64,000 nt of DNA from an uncultured Gammaproteobacteria bacterium (GTDB lineage Bacteria > Pseudomonadota > Gammaproteobacteria > UBA6002), in assembly GCA_963705725.1 (NCBI GenBank), contig CAVPKM010000016.1:64001-128000 (forward strand), read 5' to 3'. The notes under the pieces were generated by a model. That model was not told the origin of the DNA. It searched no databases and saw only the letters and a list, made by a program, of their open reading frames with translations. Shown here in pieces: positions 55,987-64,000 of this stretch (positions are counted from its first letter, which is position 1; every line of letters starts with the position of its first letter). Both the position numbers and the translations under genes were made by a program.

Positions 55987-56805
55987 ATGACAACTTATGC
56001 TATTGGTGATGTTCAAGGCTGTTTCAAATCCTTGATGAAATTACTAAAATTAATAAATTTCGATCGTGAAAATGATACCCTCTGGTTTACCGGGGATTTA
56101 GTCAATCGCGGGCCACAATCATTGGAAGTGCTACGATTCGTTTCTGAATTGCCACGGGTCGTTTGTGTGCTTGGAAATCATGACCTCGCCTTGCTTGTCC
56201 TTGCTTATACCCAACAAGTAATAAAGCATCATACGCTCAATGATATTTTAAGCGCACCAGATAAAGAAAAGTTGCTGAATTGGTTAAGAAGACAACCCCT
56301 TTTTTACGTTGACTCTCATTTTGACGCGGTGTTAGTGCATGCCGGCATCCCCCCACAATGGAATATAGAAAAAACCCTGCATCATGCCAGCGAAGTTTCT
56401 GACTATCTAAGTAGTGATGACTATCAATTACTACTTCAAAATTTATTTGGCAATGAACCTAATCGCTTTAGTGAGTCTCTTTGCCAATTAGATCGTTTTC
56501 GCTTCACAATCAACGCGTTAACTCGAATGCGTTTTTGTCGTGAAGATGGTTCTTATGACTTGAATTATAAAGGAACCTTATCTGCTGCCCCCGCATATCT
56601 CATTCCTTGGTATCAATTTCCAAGAAGAAAACAAGAAGAAAAAACCGTATTATTCGGACATTGGGCCGCGCTAAAAGGAGCAATTAGCAACCAACACTTG
56701 GAAGCACTGGATACAGGATGCTATTGGGGAGGTCAGCTTACTGCGCTTTGCCTAGAAACAAGAAAAAGATTCCAAATTATTTGCGGGGAAAACTGTCATA
56801 AATAG
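55987..56805 (+). CDS. apaH: Symmetrical bis(5'-nucleosyl)-tetraphosphatase
   Basis: IGDVQGC, GDLVNRGP, LGNHD, HAGIPP, FGHWAAL, LDTGC.WG. Confidence 0.95.
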   Translation: MTTYAIGDVQGCFKSLMKLLKLINFDRENDTLWFTGDLVNRGPQSLEVLRFVSELPRVVCVLGNHDLALLVLAYTQQVIKHHTLNDILSAPDKEKLLNWLRRQPLFYVDSHFDAVLVHAGIPPQWNIEKTLHHASEVSDYLSSDDYQLLLQNLFGNEPNRFSESLCQLDRFRFTINALTRMRFCREDGSYDLNYKGTLSAAPAYLIPWYQFPRRKQEEKTVLFGHWAALKGAISNQHLEALDTGCYWGGQLTALCLETRKRFQIICGENCHK

Positions 56806-56808
56806 ATT

Positions 56809-57294
56809 TTAGGTTTTTCGCTTCAAAATTTGGAAGGTATGACTATAGGGGTTATGAGTATCAGAAATAATTTCTTCCTGTTCTAATACTTCCCAGTTGT
56901 CATGATTCCATTTTGGAAAAAAAGCATCTCCCTCGAATTCATGATGGATGATAGTCAAATAAAGTCGATCCACCCTGTCAATGGTTTGCTGATATAACTT
57001 AGCGCCGCCTATAATAAAAATTTCTTTTTCATTTTTGTTTTCTTCAAGTGCTTCTTGCAAGCTTCTAAAAACAAAACAACCGGGATAATTGACCTTGCGA
57101 TGAGTTAACACAATATTTTTGCGACCAGGCAAAGGCCTACCAATCGACTCATAGGTATTTCTTCCCATCACAATTGGTTTTCCCCAAGTAATTCGCTTGA
57201 AGCGCAGTAAGTCTGCGGGCAATGACCAGGGAAGGTGATTTTTAATACCAATTACGTGATTCATGTCAAAAGCGGTGATGATAGATAACTGCAC
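56809..57294 (-). CDS. folA: Dihydrofolate reductase
   Basis: VIG....LPW.LPADL..FK, MGRNTYESIGRPLPGR, IIGG, GDAFFP. GTG 57294 with GAGG RBS. Confidence 0.95.
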   Translation of the reverse strand: MQLSIITAFDMNHVIGIKNHLPWSLPADLLRFKRITWGKPIVMGRNTYESIGRPLPGRKNIVLTHRKVNYPGCFVFRSLQEALEENKNEKEIFIIGGAKLYQQTIDRVDRLYLTIIHHEFEGDAFFPKWNHDNWEVLEQEEIISDTHNPYSHTFQILKRKT

Positions 57295-57379
57295 AATAAC
57301 CTCTAAGCGTAATATCTTTTCAATAGATCTTGATAATAATCGTAGAATACCTTTATTATTCGTCAATGTTCTATTAAAA

Positions 57380-57404
57380 ATATACCCTTTGTGAAGGGGG
57401 TATA
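57380..57404. repeat. Repeat family B minimal copy
   Basis: ATATACCCTTTGTGAAGGGGGTATA; its first 15 nt are the exact reverse complement of 52216-52230. Confidence 0.7.
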
Positions 57405-57460
57405 CCTCTCAACTCTGAATGAGCCGTATTGGAATAATCGGAAAAAATTTTATAAAAGTG

Positions 57461-58972
57461 ATGAAAAAAAAATCAAGAAGAAAAATTTACGCTGGGATGC
57501 TGTTAATATTACTTGCCTGTTCCAGTAATGCTCAAGTTAGCAACCAACATTTAATGAGTCATATTGGGAAATACCCTAATTATCCTAGCCTAGATTATGG
57601 AAGTGGCTCGCAAGCAGCGTTGATTAAAAAAGGCGAATATCTTGCTCAAGCAGGGGATTGTATTGCCTGCCATACCAAACCGGGCGGGCTGCCCTTTGCC
57701 GGCGGGTTACCTATTGCCACCCCATTTGGCATCATCTATTCTCCAAATATCACTTCGGACAGAAAGCATGGAATTGGCAACTGGTCGCTGGCACAGTTTA
57801 GCAAGGCTATGCGTGAAGGGGTGGCGCCTGATGGATCAAATTATTTTCCCGTTTTTCCTTATCCTTATTTTAACAAGCTTTCAGATGAAGATATTGTAGC
57901 ATTAAAGGCTTATTTTGATGCCACTCCGCCCATCCCGCAAGTGAACAAACCAGTTGATATGCCAATTCCTTTCCGATGGAGATTTTTACAATTTTTCTGG
58001 AAAGTGATGTTTTTTGATTCCACTCAAGGCGTTTATAAGCCGGATCCAGAACAATCAAGCCAATGGAATCGTGGTGCCTATTTAGTGCAAGGCCTGGGTC
58101 ATTGCGGCATGTGCCATACTCCACTTAACCCTCTAGGTGCGCCAGAAGAAAAATACGCGCTAACCGGGGGATTTGGCTCGGGAAGCTATGCGCCAAATAT
58201 TTCATTTTCACGCTTTGTTAACGTCTCTCTTTCACAGATTGTCAATATATTTGCAAATGACCGACTTTTATCCGGTGGCAAAATCGTGGGCCCAATGGCA
58301 GAAGTCATTCATGATAGTCTTGAATATCTTACACAAGAAGACTTAGCGGCGATTGCCACTTACTTGAGAACAGTAAAGAGCGAATTACCTGAATCTGCTT
58401 CCACTAAGATTACGCCTAAAACAGGGCAAAAAATCTACGATAAATACTGTGTGGGTTGTCATGGTAGCGGGGCGGGTGGCGCACCTAAAATAGGAGATGC
58501 CACTGACTGGTCACCGCGTATTGCGCATGGACTGCCTTTTCTTTATCAAAATGCTATTGTTGGCATTGGCAACATGCCGCCAAAAGGCAGTTGCGGAACC
58601 TGTACTGATCCAGAGATAAAAGCCGCTGTCGATTATATTGTAAAAAATAGCGAATCAAATGTTGGCGTAAGCCAAAAGAAAGTATCAAAATTACCTCAAC
58701 CAACTGAGGCACTAGGTAAAGAAATTTATAATCAAGCATGTGCCGTTTGTCACCAAAATGGAAGGCTTGGCGCTCCAATCACCGGCAATCAAGCACAATG
58801 GTCGCCGCTTATTAAGAAAAACATGGATGTATTAATCGAGCACACAATTAACGGCTACAACAACATGCCGGCGAAAGGGGCTTGTTCTAAATGCTCTGAT
58901 ACTGATTTGATTGCCGCTGTGATCTACATGGTTAATCAAAGTCAAGCGGGTGGCGATTATAATCTATGGTAG
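57461..58972 (+). CDS. Tetraheme c-type cytochrome (diheme dehydrogenase-type module plus two c5 domains)
   Basis: CxxCH x4 (CIACH, CGMCH, CVGCH, CAVCH); two c5-type MP.KG.CxxC motifs; N-terminal signal/anchor. Start uncertain (57419-57461). Confidence 0.85.
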   Translation: MKKKSRRKIYAGMLLILLACSSNAQVSNQHLMSHIGKYPNYPSLDYGSGSQAALIKKGEYLAQAGDCIACHTKPGGLPFAGGLPIATPFGIIYSPNITSDRKHGIGNWSLAQFSKAMREGVAPDGSNYFPVFPYPYFNKLSDEDIVALKAYFDATPPIPQVNKPVDMPIPFRWRFLQFFWKVMFFDSTQGVYKPDPEQSSQWNRGAYLVQGLGHCGMCHTPLNPLGAPEEKYALTGGFGSGSYAPNISFSRFVNVSLSQIVNIFANDRLLSGGKIVGPMAEVIHDSLEYLTQEDLAAIATYLRTVKSELPESASTKITPKTGQKIYDKYCVGCHGSGAGGAPKIGDATDWSPRIAHGLPFLYQNAIVGIGNMPPKGSCGTCTDPEIKAAVDYIVKNSESNVGVSQKKVSKLPQPTEALGKEIYNQACAVCHQNGRLGAPITGNQAQWSPLIKKNMDVLIEHTINGYNNMPAKGACSKCSDTDLIAAVIYMVNQSQAGGDYNLW

Positions 58973-59061
58973 ACCTGTTATCCCTTCCGTGTGCTGCTTT
59001 ACCTAACATGTTGAATAATTGCGAAAAATATTACTAATTATAAAATTAGGAGAGTCCTCTT

Positions 59062-60237
59062 ATGCGCTTTTCCCGCTTAATTAATTTATTTCTAAGCGCA
59101 CCCTTACTAGGCTTGTCTTTTAATATTTTTGCTATGCCTCAAATGAATATGAGTCCTGGTGTCACGCCGATAAGCCGAGATATTTATTTTTTGCACATGA
59201 CCATTTTCTGGATTTGTGTTGTTATTGGCGTCATTGTCTTTGGCGTGATGTTTTATTCTTTACTACGACATAGAAGATCGTTGGGTGTCAAGCCAGCCAC
59301 ATTTCACGAAAATACTAAATTAGAAATCCTGTGGGCAGTTATTCCTTTTTTGATATTAGTAATCATGGCGGTTCCTGCTACGAAAGTTTTGCTTCAAATG
59401 GAAGATGATGCGGATGCGGATGTCAACATCAAAATTACCGGATATCAATGGAAATGGCGTTATGAATATTTAGATGAAGGGTTAAACTTTTTTAGCAATC
59501 TTTCTACCTCCCCAGAACAAATACAGGGTAAGGCGCCAAAAAATGAATGGTATTTATTAGAAGTTGATAAACCCCTGGTTGTTCCTATTCATAAAAAAAT
59601 TCGTTTCCTGGTTACTTCTAATGACGTAGTCCATTCTTGGTGGGTGCCGGCTTTAGGAGTAAAACGTGACGCGATACCGGGTTATATTCATGAAGCTTGG
59701 GCAAGAATCGATAAGCCCGGTATTTATCGTGGGCAATGTGCAGAACTTTGCGGTTTGAATCACGCTTTTATGCCAATTGTAGTAGATGCCAGGCCCAAGG
59801 CAGATTATGATGCATGGGTCAAAGCGCAGAAACTTGCCGCTACACAACCTAAAGGGCCCGTCTCTCCTGCCGCGCCTTTAACAAAAGCAGACCTGTTGGC
59901 AAATGGAGCTGATGTATATGGACGCATGTGTTCAGTTTGTCATCAGCCTACTGGAAAGGGCATGCCGCCCGCCTTTCCTGCTCTTGCTGGGGATAAAATT
60001 GCAAATGGGCCAGTGGCAGACCATATTAAAGTAGTCCTGAAAGGACGCCCTGGGACAGCGATGCAAGCATTTGAGTTACAGCTTAACGATAAAGATATTG
60101 CTTCTGTTATTACCTATGAGCGTAATTCATGGGGTAATGGTCAACCAAGTAAATTTGGCAAAGATGCGGGAGGGGTGGTACAACCCACAGATGTTGCCGC
60201 GATTCGTAAACAGCTAGCAAGTCAAAAGGGTGATTAA
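59062..60237 (+). CDS. coxB: Cytochrome c oxidase subunit II with fused cytochrome c
   Basis: DVVHSW, CuA motif CAELCG..HAFM, C-terminal CSVCH. Confidence 0.95.
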   Translation: MRFSRLINLFLSAPLLGLSFNIFAMPQMNMSPGVTPISRDIYFLHMTIFWICVVIGVIVFGVMFYSLLRHRRSLGVKPATFHENTKLEILWAVIPFLILVIMAVPATKVLLQMEDDADADVNIKITGYQWKWRYEYLDEGLNFFSNLSTSPEQIQGKAPKNEWYLLEVDKPLVVPIHKKIRFLVTSNDVVHSWWVPALGVKRDAIPGYIHEAWARIDKPGIYRGQCAELCGLNHAFMPIVVDARPKADYDAWVKAQKLAATQPKGPVSPAAPLTKADLLANGADVYGRMCSVCHQPTGKGMPPAFPALAGDKIANGPVADHIKVVLKGRPGTAMQAFELQLNDKDIASVITYERNSWGNGQPSKFGKDAGGVVQPTDVAAIRKQLASQKGD

Positions 60238-60239
60238 TT

Positions 60240-61833
60240 ATGACTGAAGAAGTGTTAGGGCAAGAACATCATTTACATCATCATGAGCCAGGGATACTAG
60301 GTTTTATAAAAAGATGGGTGTTTACTACTAATCATAAAGATATTGGTACGCTCTATCTTTGGCTTGCTTGCTTGATGTTCTTTGTTGGCGGATTCATGGC
60401 ATTATTAATTCGCACAGAATTGTTTAGCCCAGGGATGCAGCTGCTTACCCCGGATTTATTCAATACCATGACAACCATGCACGGCTTGATCATGATATTT
60501 GGCGTAGTCATGCCGGCCTTTGTTGGGCTTGCGAATTGGCAGATACCCATGATGATTGGCGCGCCAGACATGGCATTTCCTCGTCTTAATAATTGGAGCT
60601 TTTGGATTTTGCCCTTTGCCTTTACCATTTTGCTTTCCACTCTCTTTATGGAAGGCTCTGCACCAAATTTTGGCTGGACTTTTTATGCCCCACTCTCCAC
60701 AACTTACGGTCCGCCAAGCACGGATTATCTAATTTTTTCAATACATCTTATGGGGCTTTCCTCAATCCTGGGCGCAATTAATATTATTGCAACCATTCTT
60801 AATTTGCGTGCGCCTGGCATGAGCTTTATTAAAATGCCGATGTTCGTTTGGACTTGGCTGATCACCGCTTTCTTGCTCATCGGCATTATGCCTGTTTTAG
60901 CTGGCACCGTTACCATGATGTTGACAGATCGTCATTTCGGTACCAGCTTTTTTAACGCTGCAGGAGGCGGAGACCCAATACTTTTCCAGCATTTATTTTG
61001 GTTTTTTGGTCATCCAGAAGTTTATGTGCTGATTTTGCCAGCCTTCGGGATCATGTCAGAAATTATTCCTACTTTTAGTCGATAAACCTTTATTTGGTTA
61101 TCGTTTTATGGTTTATGCATTAATTGGGATTGCCTTTCTTTCTTATATTGTTTGGGCGCATCACATGTTTACGACAGGGATGCCGATTGCTTCAGAATTA
61201 TTTTTCATGTACGCCACCATGCTAATTGCTGTTCCTACTGGGGTAAAGGTATTCAACTGGGTATCCACCATGTATCGAGGCGCCATCTCATTTGAAACCC
61301 CCATGCTATTTGCGATTGCCTTTGTATTTTTATTCACCATAGGTGGATTTTCTGGATTAATGCTTGCCTTAGTCCCTGCAGATTTTCAGTATCAAGATAC
61401 CTATTTTGTGGTTGCACATTTTCATTATGTGCTTGTACCCGGTGCTATATTTGCCATTATGGCAGGGATCTATTATTGGTTGCCGAAGTGGTGTGGCCAT
61501 AGGTACAATGAAAGACTAGGCAAATGGCATTTTTGGCTCACTGTCATATCATTGAATATTACTTTTTTCCCCATGCACTTTTTGGGGCTTGCGGGTATGC
61601 CAAGAAGAATTCCTGATTATGCCTTACAATTTTCAGATTTTAATGCGGTAGCGAGTGTCGGCGCATTTATTTTTGGATTTTCACAATTAATCTTTTTATA
61701 CAATGTGATTAAAACAATTTGGCATGGGGCATCTGTACCCTCGAAAGTATGGGAAGGCGCACATGGTTTGGAGTGGACCTTGCCTTCTCCTCCTCCTTAC
61801 CATTCCTTCACCACTCCTCCTCATGTAGAGTAG
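60240..61833 (+). pseudogene. coxA: Cytochrome c oxidase subunit I split by a +1 frameshift (pseudogene, split gene or sequence error)
   Basis: NHKDIG...GHPEVY in 60240-61085 and WAHH...HFH...PRR in 61108-61833. Removing one base at 61082/61083 restores FSRKPLFGYRFMVYA. Confidence 0.9.
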
Positions 61834-61839
61834 GCATAG

Positions 61840-62397
61840 GTGAATAATAGAAAACTTGCCATTATCTTGTCCGCTGCCGTGATAGGGATGTTTGGATTTG
61901 GTTATGCCTTAGTGCCGATTTATAACGTAATGTGTAAAACATTTGGCATTAATGGGAAACCACTTAATGTCGCACAAGCCATTGATAATAGTGTCGATTA
62001 TTCTCGCACCATCACGGTACAGTTTTTAGCCACAAAAAATGATTATCTTCCCTGGAAATTTCACCCACTCGTGAAGTGGGTGAAAATTCATCCAGGAGAG
62101 AATAAAAAAGTGGCATTTTATGCTGAAAATGAAACGGGCGATGATATGATTGTTCAAGCTATTCCAAGTATTACGCCAGGAACTGCAGCTAAGCATCTAA
62201 AAAAAACAGAATGTTTCTGTTTTACAAAACAGATGATGAAGGGAAAACAAGGAATGACTTGGCCGCTTCTTTTCCATTTGGATAAAGACCTGCCTAAAAA
62301 AGTACGCACGGTCACATTATCCTACACATTATTTGATATCACAAAGACAGCAAAGAATATTAAAGAAAACAAAAATGCTGGTCATTTACCAGGGTAG
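61840..62397 (+). CDS. ctaG: Cytochrome c oxidase assembly protein Cox11/CtaG
   Basis: ALVPIY..MC...G.NG, K.ECFCF copper motif, TLSYT. Confidence 0.93.
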   Translation: MNNRKLAIILSAAVIGMFGFGYALVPIYNVMCKTFGINGKPLNVAQAIDNSVDYSRTITVQFLATKNDYLPWKFHPLVKWVKIHPGENKKVAFYAENETGDDMIVQAIPSITPGTAAKHLKKTECFCFTKQMMKGKQGMTWPLLFHLDKDLPKKVRTVTLSYTLFDITKTAKNIKENKNAGHLPG

Positions 62398-62422
62398 GAA
62401 TTTTGCGATAAAAGAGGATAAC

Positions 62423-63304
62423 ATGGCAAATAAATATCAAGAAAAATATTATCTTCCCGAGCCAAGCGGCTGGCCAATTATTGGCTCAATTGGACTGTTT
62501 TGCTTTATGTTTGGCGCTGCCCATTGGCTTCATGGCCAAACCATCGGCCCATACTTATTTATTCTGGGCGCCTTAATCCTTATATACATGTTGTTTGGTT
62601 GGTTTCACCGCGTGATCAAAGAAAATGAAGCGGGGCTATTAAATTCCAAGCAAATGGAGCGTTCTTATCGTTGGGGAATGTGTTGGTTTATTTTTTCTGA
62701 AGTCATGTTTTTCAGTGCGTTCTTTGGGGCACTTTTCTATTCTAGGCTGTTCACTGTCCCTTGGCTAGGAGGCGAGGGGTCGGGTGTACTGACACACTTG
62801 CTACTCTGGCCAAACTTTCAACCAGAATGGCCTGTCTTTCAAAATCCAAATCCCGCACTGTATATCGCGCCTAAATCTGTTATGGAGACCTGGGGAATTC
62901 CAGCACTCAATACCCTGATTCTCTTAACAAGTGGGGTAACCATTACTATTGCGCATTGGAATCTACTAAAAGATAAACGTGTCCCAGCCATAGTTTTTCA
63001 AGGATTAACCATCCTTCTTGGGATCACCTTTTTAATCATGCAGGCACATGAATACAGCATTGCGTATTTAGAGAAAGGATTAAAGCTTTCATCTGGTATT
63101 TATGGCACCACTTTTTTTATGCTAACAGGGTTTCATGCCTTGCATGTCACTGTCGGTACCATCATGCTGATCGCCATTTTTGGCCGGTTGCTTAAGGGGC
63201 ATTTCAATTCAAAACATCATTTTGGTTTCGAAGCTGCTGCTTGGTATTGGCATTTTGTAGACGTGGTATGGCTGTTTCTGTTTGTTTTTGTTTACTGGAT
63301 ATAA
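62423..63304 (+). CDS. coxC: Cytochrome c oxidase subunit III
   Basis: FIFSEVMFF, FFMLTGFH..HV, AWYWHFVDVVW. ATG 62423 with GAGG RBS. Confidence 0.96.
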   Translation: MANKYQEKYYLPEPSGWPIIGSIGLFCFMFGAAHWLHGQTIGPYLFILGALILIYMLFGWFHRVIKENEAGLLNSKQMERSYRWGMCWFIFSEVMFFSAFFGALFYSRLFTVPWLGGEGSGVLTHLLLWPNFQPEWPVFQNPNPALYIAPKSVMETWGIPALNTLILLTSGVTITIAHWNLLKDKRVPAIVFQGLTILLGITFLIMQAHEYSIAYLEKGLKLSSGIYGTTFFMLTGFHALHVTVGTIMLIAIFGRLLKGHFNSKHHFGFEAAAWYWHFVDVVWLFLFVFVYWI

Positions 63305-63339
63305 CTCCTACATTACAGCTATTTTCAAGGAAGAAAAAA

Positions 63340-63660
63340 ATGATACAACATCTCGTTTATTTTAAATTTAAGCCTGAAGTAACAGACGCTAAAATATTCG
63401 CACTTCTAGATCAACTTGCAGCATTAAAAAAAGATATGCCATCCATGCTTCATTATTCACGTGGAGTAAATTGCAGTATTGAAAATTTAAATAAAGGATT
63501 CACTCACGCGATGATGATGACTTTTAAGAATGCGGCAGGAAGAGATGAATATATTAATCATTCTGAGCACAAGCGCGTTGCCGCTGAAATAACACTGCAC
63601 CTTGTCAATGGCTTAGAATCCGCCATAGTCATCGATTATGAATTTGAAGATGACAAGTAA
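63340..63660 (+). CDS. Dabb (stress-responsive A/B barrel) family protein
   Basis: MIQHLVYFKFK, G.N.S.E...GFTH, Y..H.EH, DYE. ATG 63340. Confidence 0.85.
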   Translation: MIQHLVYFKFKPEVTDAKIFALLDQLAALKKDMPSMLHYSRGVNCSIENLNKGFTHAMMMTFKNAAGRDEYINHSEHKRVAAEITLHLVNGLESAIVIDYEFEDDK

Positions 63661-63675
63661 TGCGCTTTAAATCTT

Positions 63676-64000
63676 TCATCTCTTGCTGCTTATCCCTAAA
63701 AGTGGGGTGTGGTTGCCAGATTGCTGTAGCATAGTAAAATTTGCTGCTGTAACGGCTTCATCTTTGGCGTTGGAAAAACTGCTATCGCGAACAGGAAGAA
63801 TAGCGTCGCTGTTAAATGAAATATCAAAACTTGCTAAACGCTCAGTGAAATTCTGGATGGCTTTCTTTTTAAATGGCTGATTGATCAATTCAAAAAGTGC
63901 GATAACCATTTCCAATTGCAATGTGATAGGCAGTTTATTAATTATTTCATTCACTGTTTCACTAACAAGTGGCTGCTTAAAGAAAATATATTCTTGTGTA
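63676..64000 (-). CDS. Hypothetical protein, 5' end beyond the window
   Basis: Frame stays open from GTG 63954 to the window edge (TQEYIFFKQPLVSETV...). Confidence 0.55.
   Translation of the reverse strand, partial: TQEYIFFKQPLVSETVNEIINKLPITLQLEMVIALFELINQPFKKKAIQNFTERLASFDISFNSDAILPVRDSSFSNAKDEAVTAANFTMLQQSGNHTPLLGISSKR

Noticed and set aside
58971-59022. Possible third repeat family (ACCTGTT/AACAGG words, also at 39555, 42453, 52161) and TIR-like GTTGAATAATTGC
   Set aside because: Matches are too short and degenerate to separate from background by eye.
63455-63470. parS-like TTCACGTGGAG in the Dabb gene
   Set aside because: Only the core matches; the outer arms are not palindromic.

Overview
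AT-rich gammaproteobacterial chromosome segment. Gene content and order (Com1-like DsbA next to rpoH, uspA next to rpmH, orphan effector-like ORFs) suggest Legionellales/Coxiellaceae; this is inference. The window is mostly core genome around the replication origin. It holds an ~18.5 kb minus-strand run (rpmH-rnpA-yidD-yidC-mnmE-mnmG-rsmG-parA-parB-atpIBEFHAGDC-glmU-parE) and a compact oriC-like region upstream of rpmH (AT-rich palindrome, two perfect DnaA boxes, IHF site). These are followed by uspA, glyQS, com1-like dsbA, rpoH, ftsY, an M16 peptidase pair and rsmD. The dnaA-dnaN-recF-gyrB operon sits ~17 kb from rpmH and is transcribed toward the putative oriC, with two parS sites inside recF. 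The right part carries a DUF2269/SDR cassette, yqgE-yqgF-pyrB-pyrC'-ubiEJB, pckA-proC-yggT-trxA-rho-ubiD, apaH, folA and a cytochrome c oxidase cluster. Structure not in the ORF track: (1) a ~174-bp palindromic MITE-like family (TIR ~GTAACTATTCAGC) with about 9 full or eroded copies, three around dnaA-dnaN-recF-gyrB and three overlapping stop codons; (2) a second short repeat family with TATACCC...GGGTATA ends; (3) frameshifts in pckA (two) and coxA (one); (4) two divergent genes sharing one ATGCAT start hexamer. I found no CRISPR array, tRNA/rRNA, transposase, prophage or defence island, and I cannot support a wholly new multi-gene system here. The repeat family and the origin/dnaA arrangement are the best leads. 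Family assignments come from motif recognition only; no searches were run.
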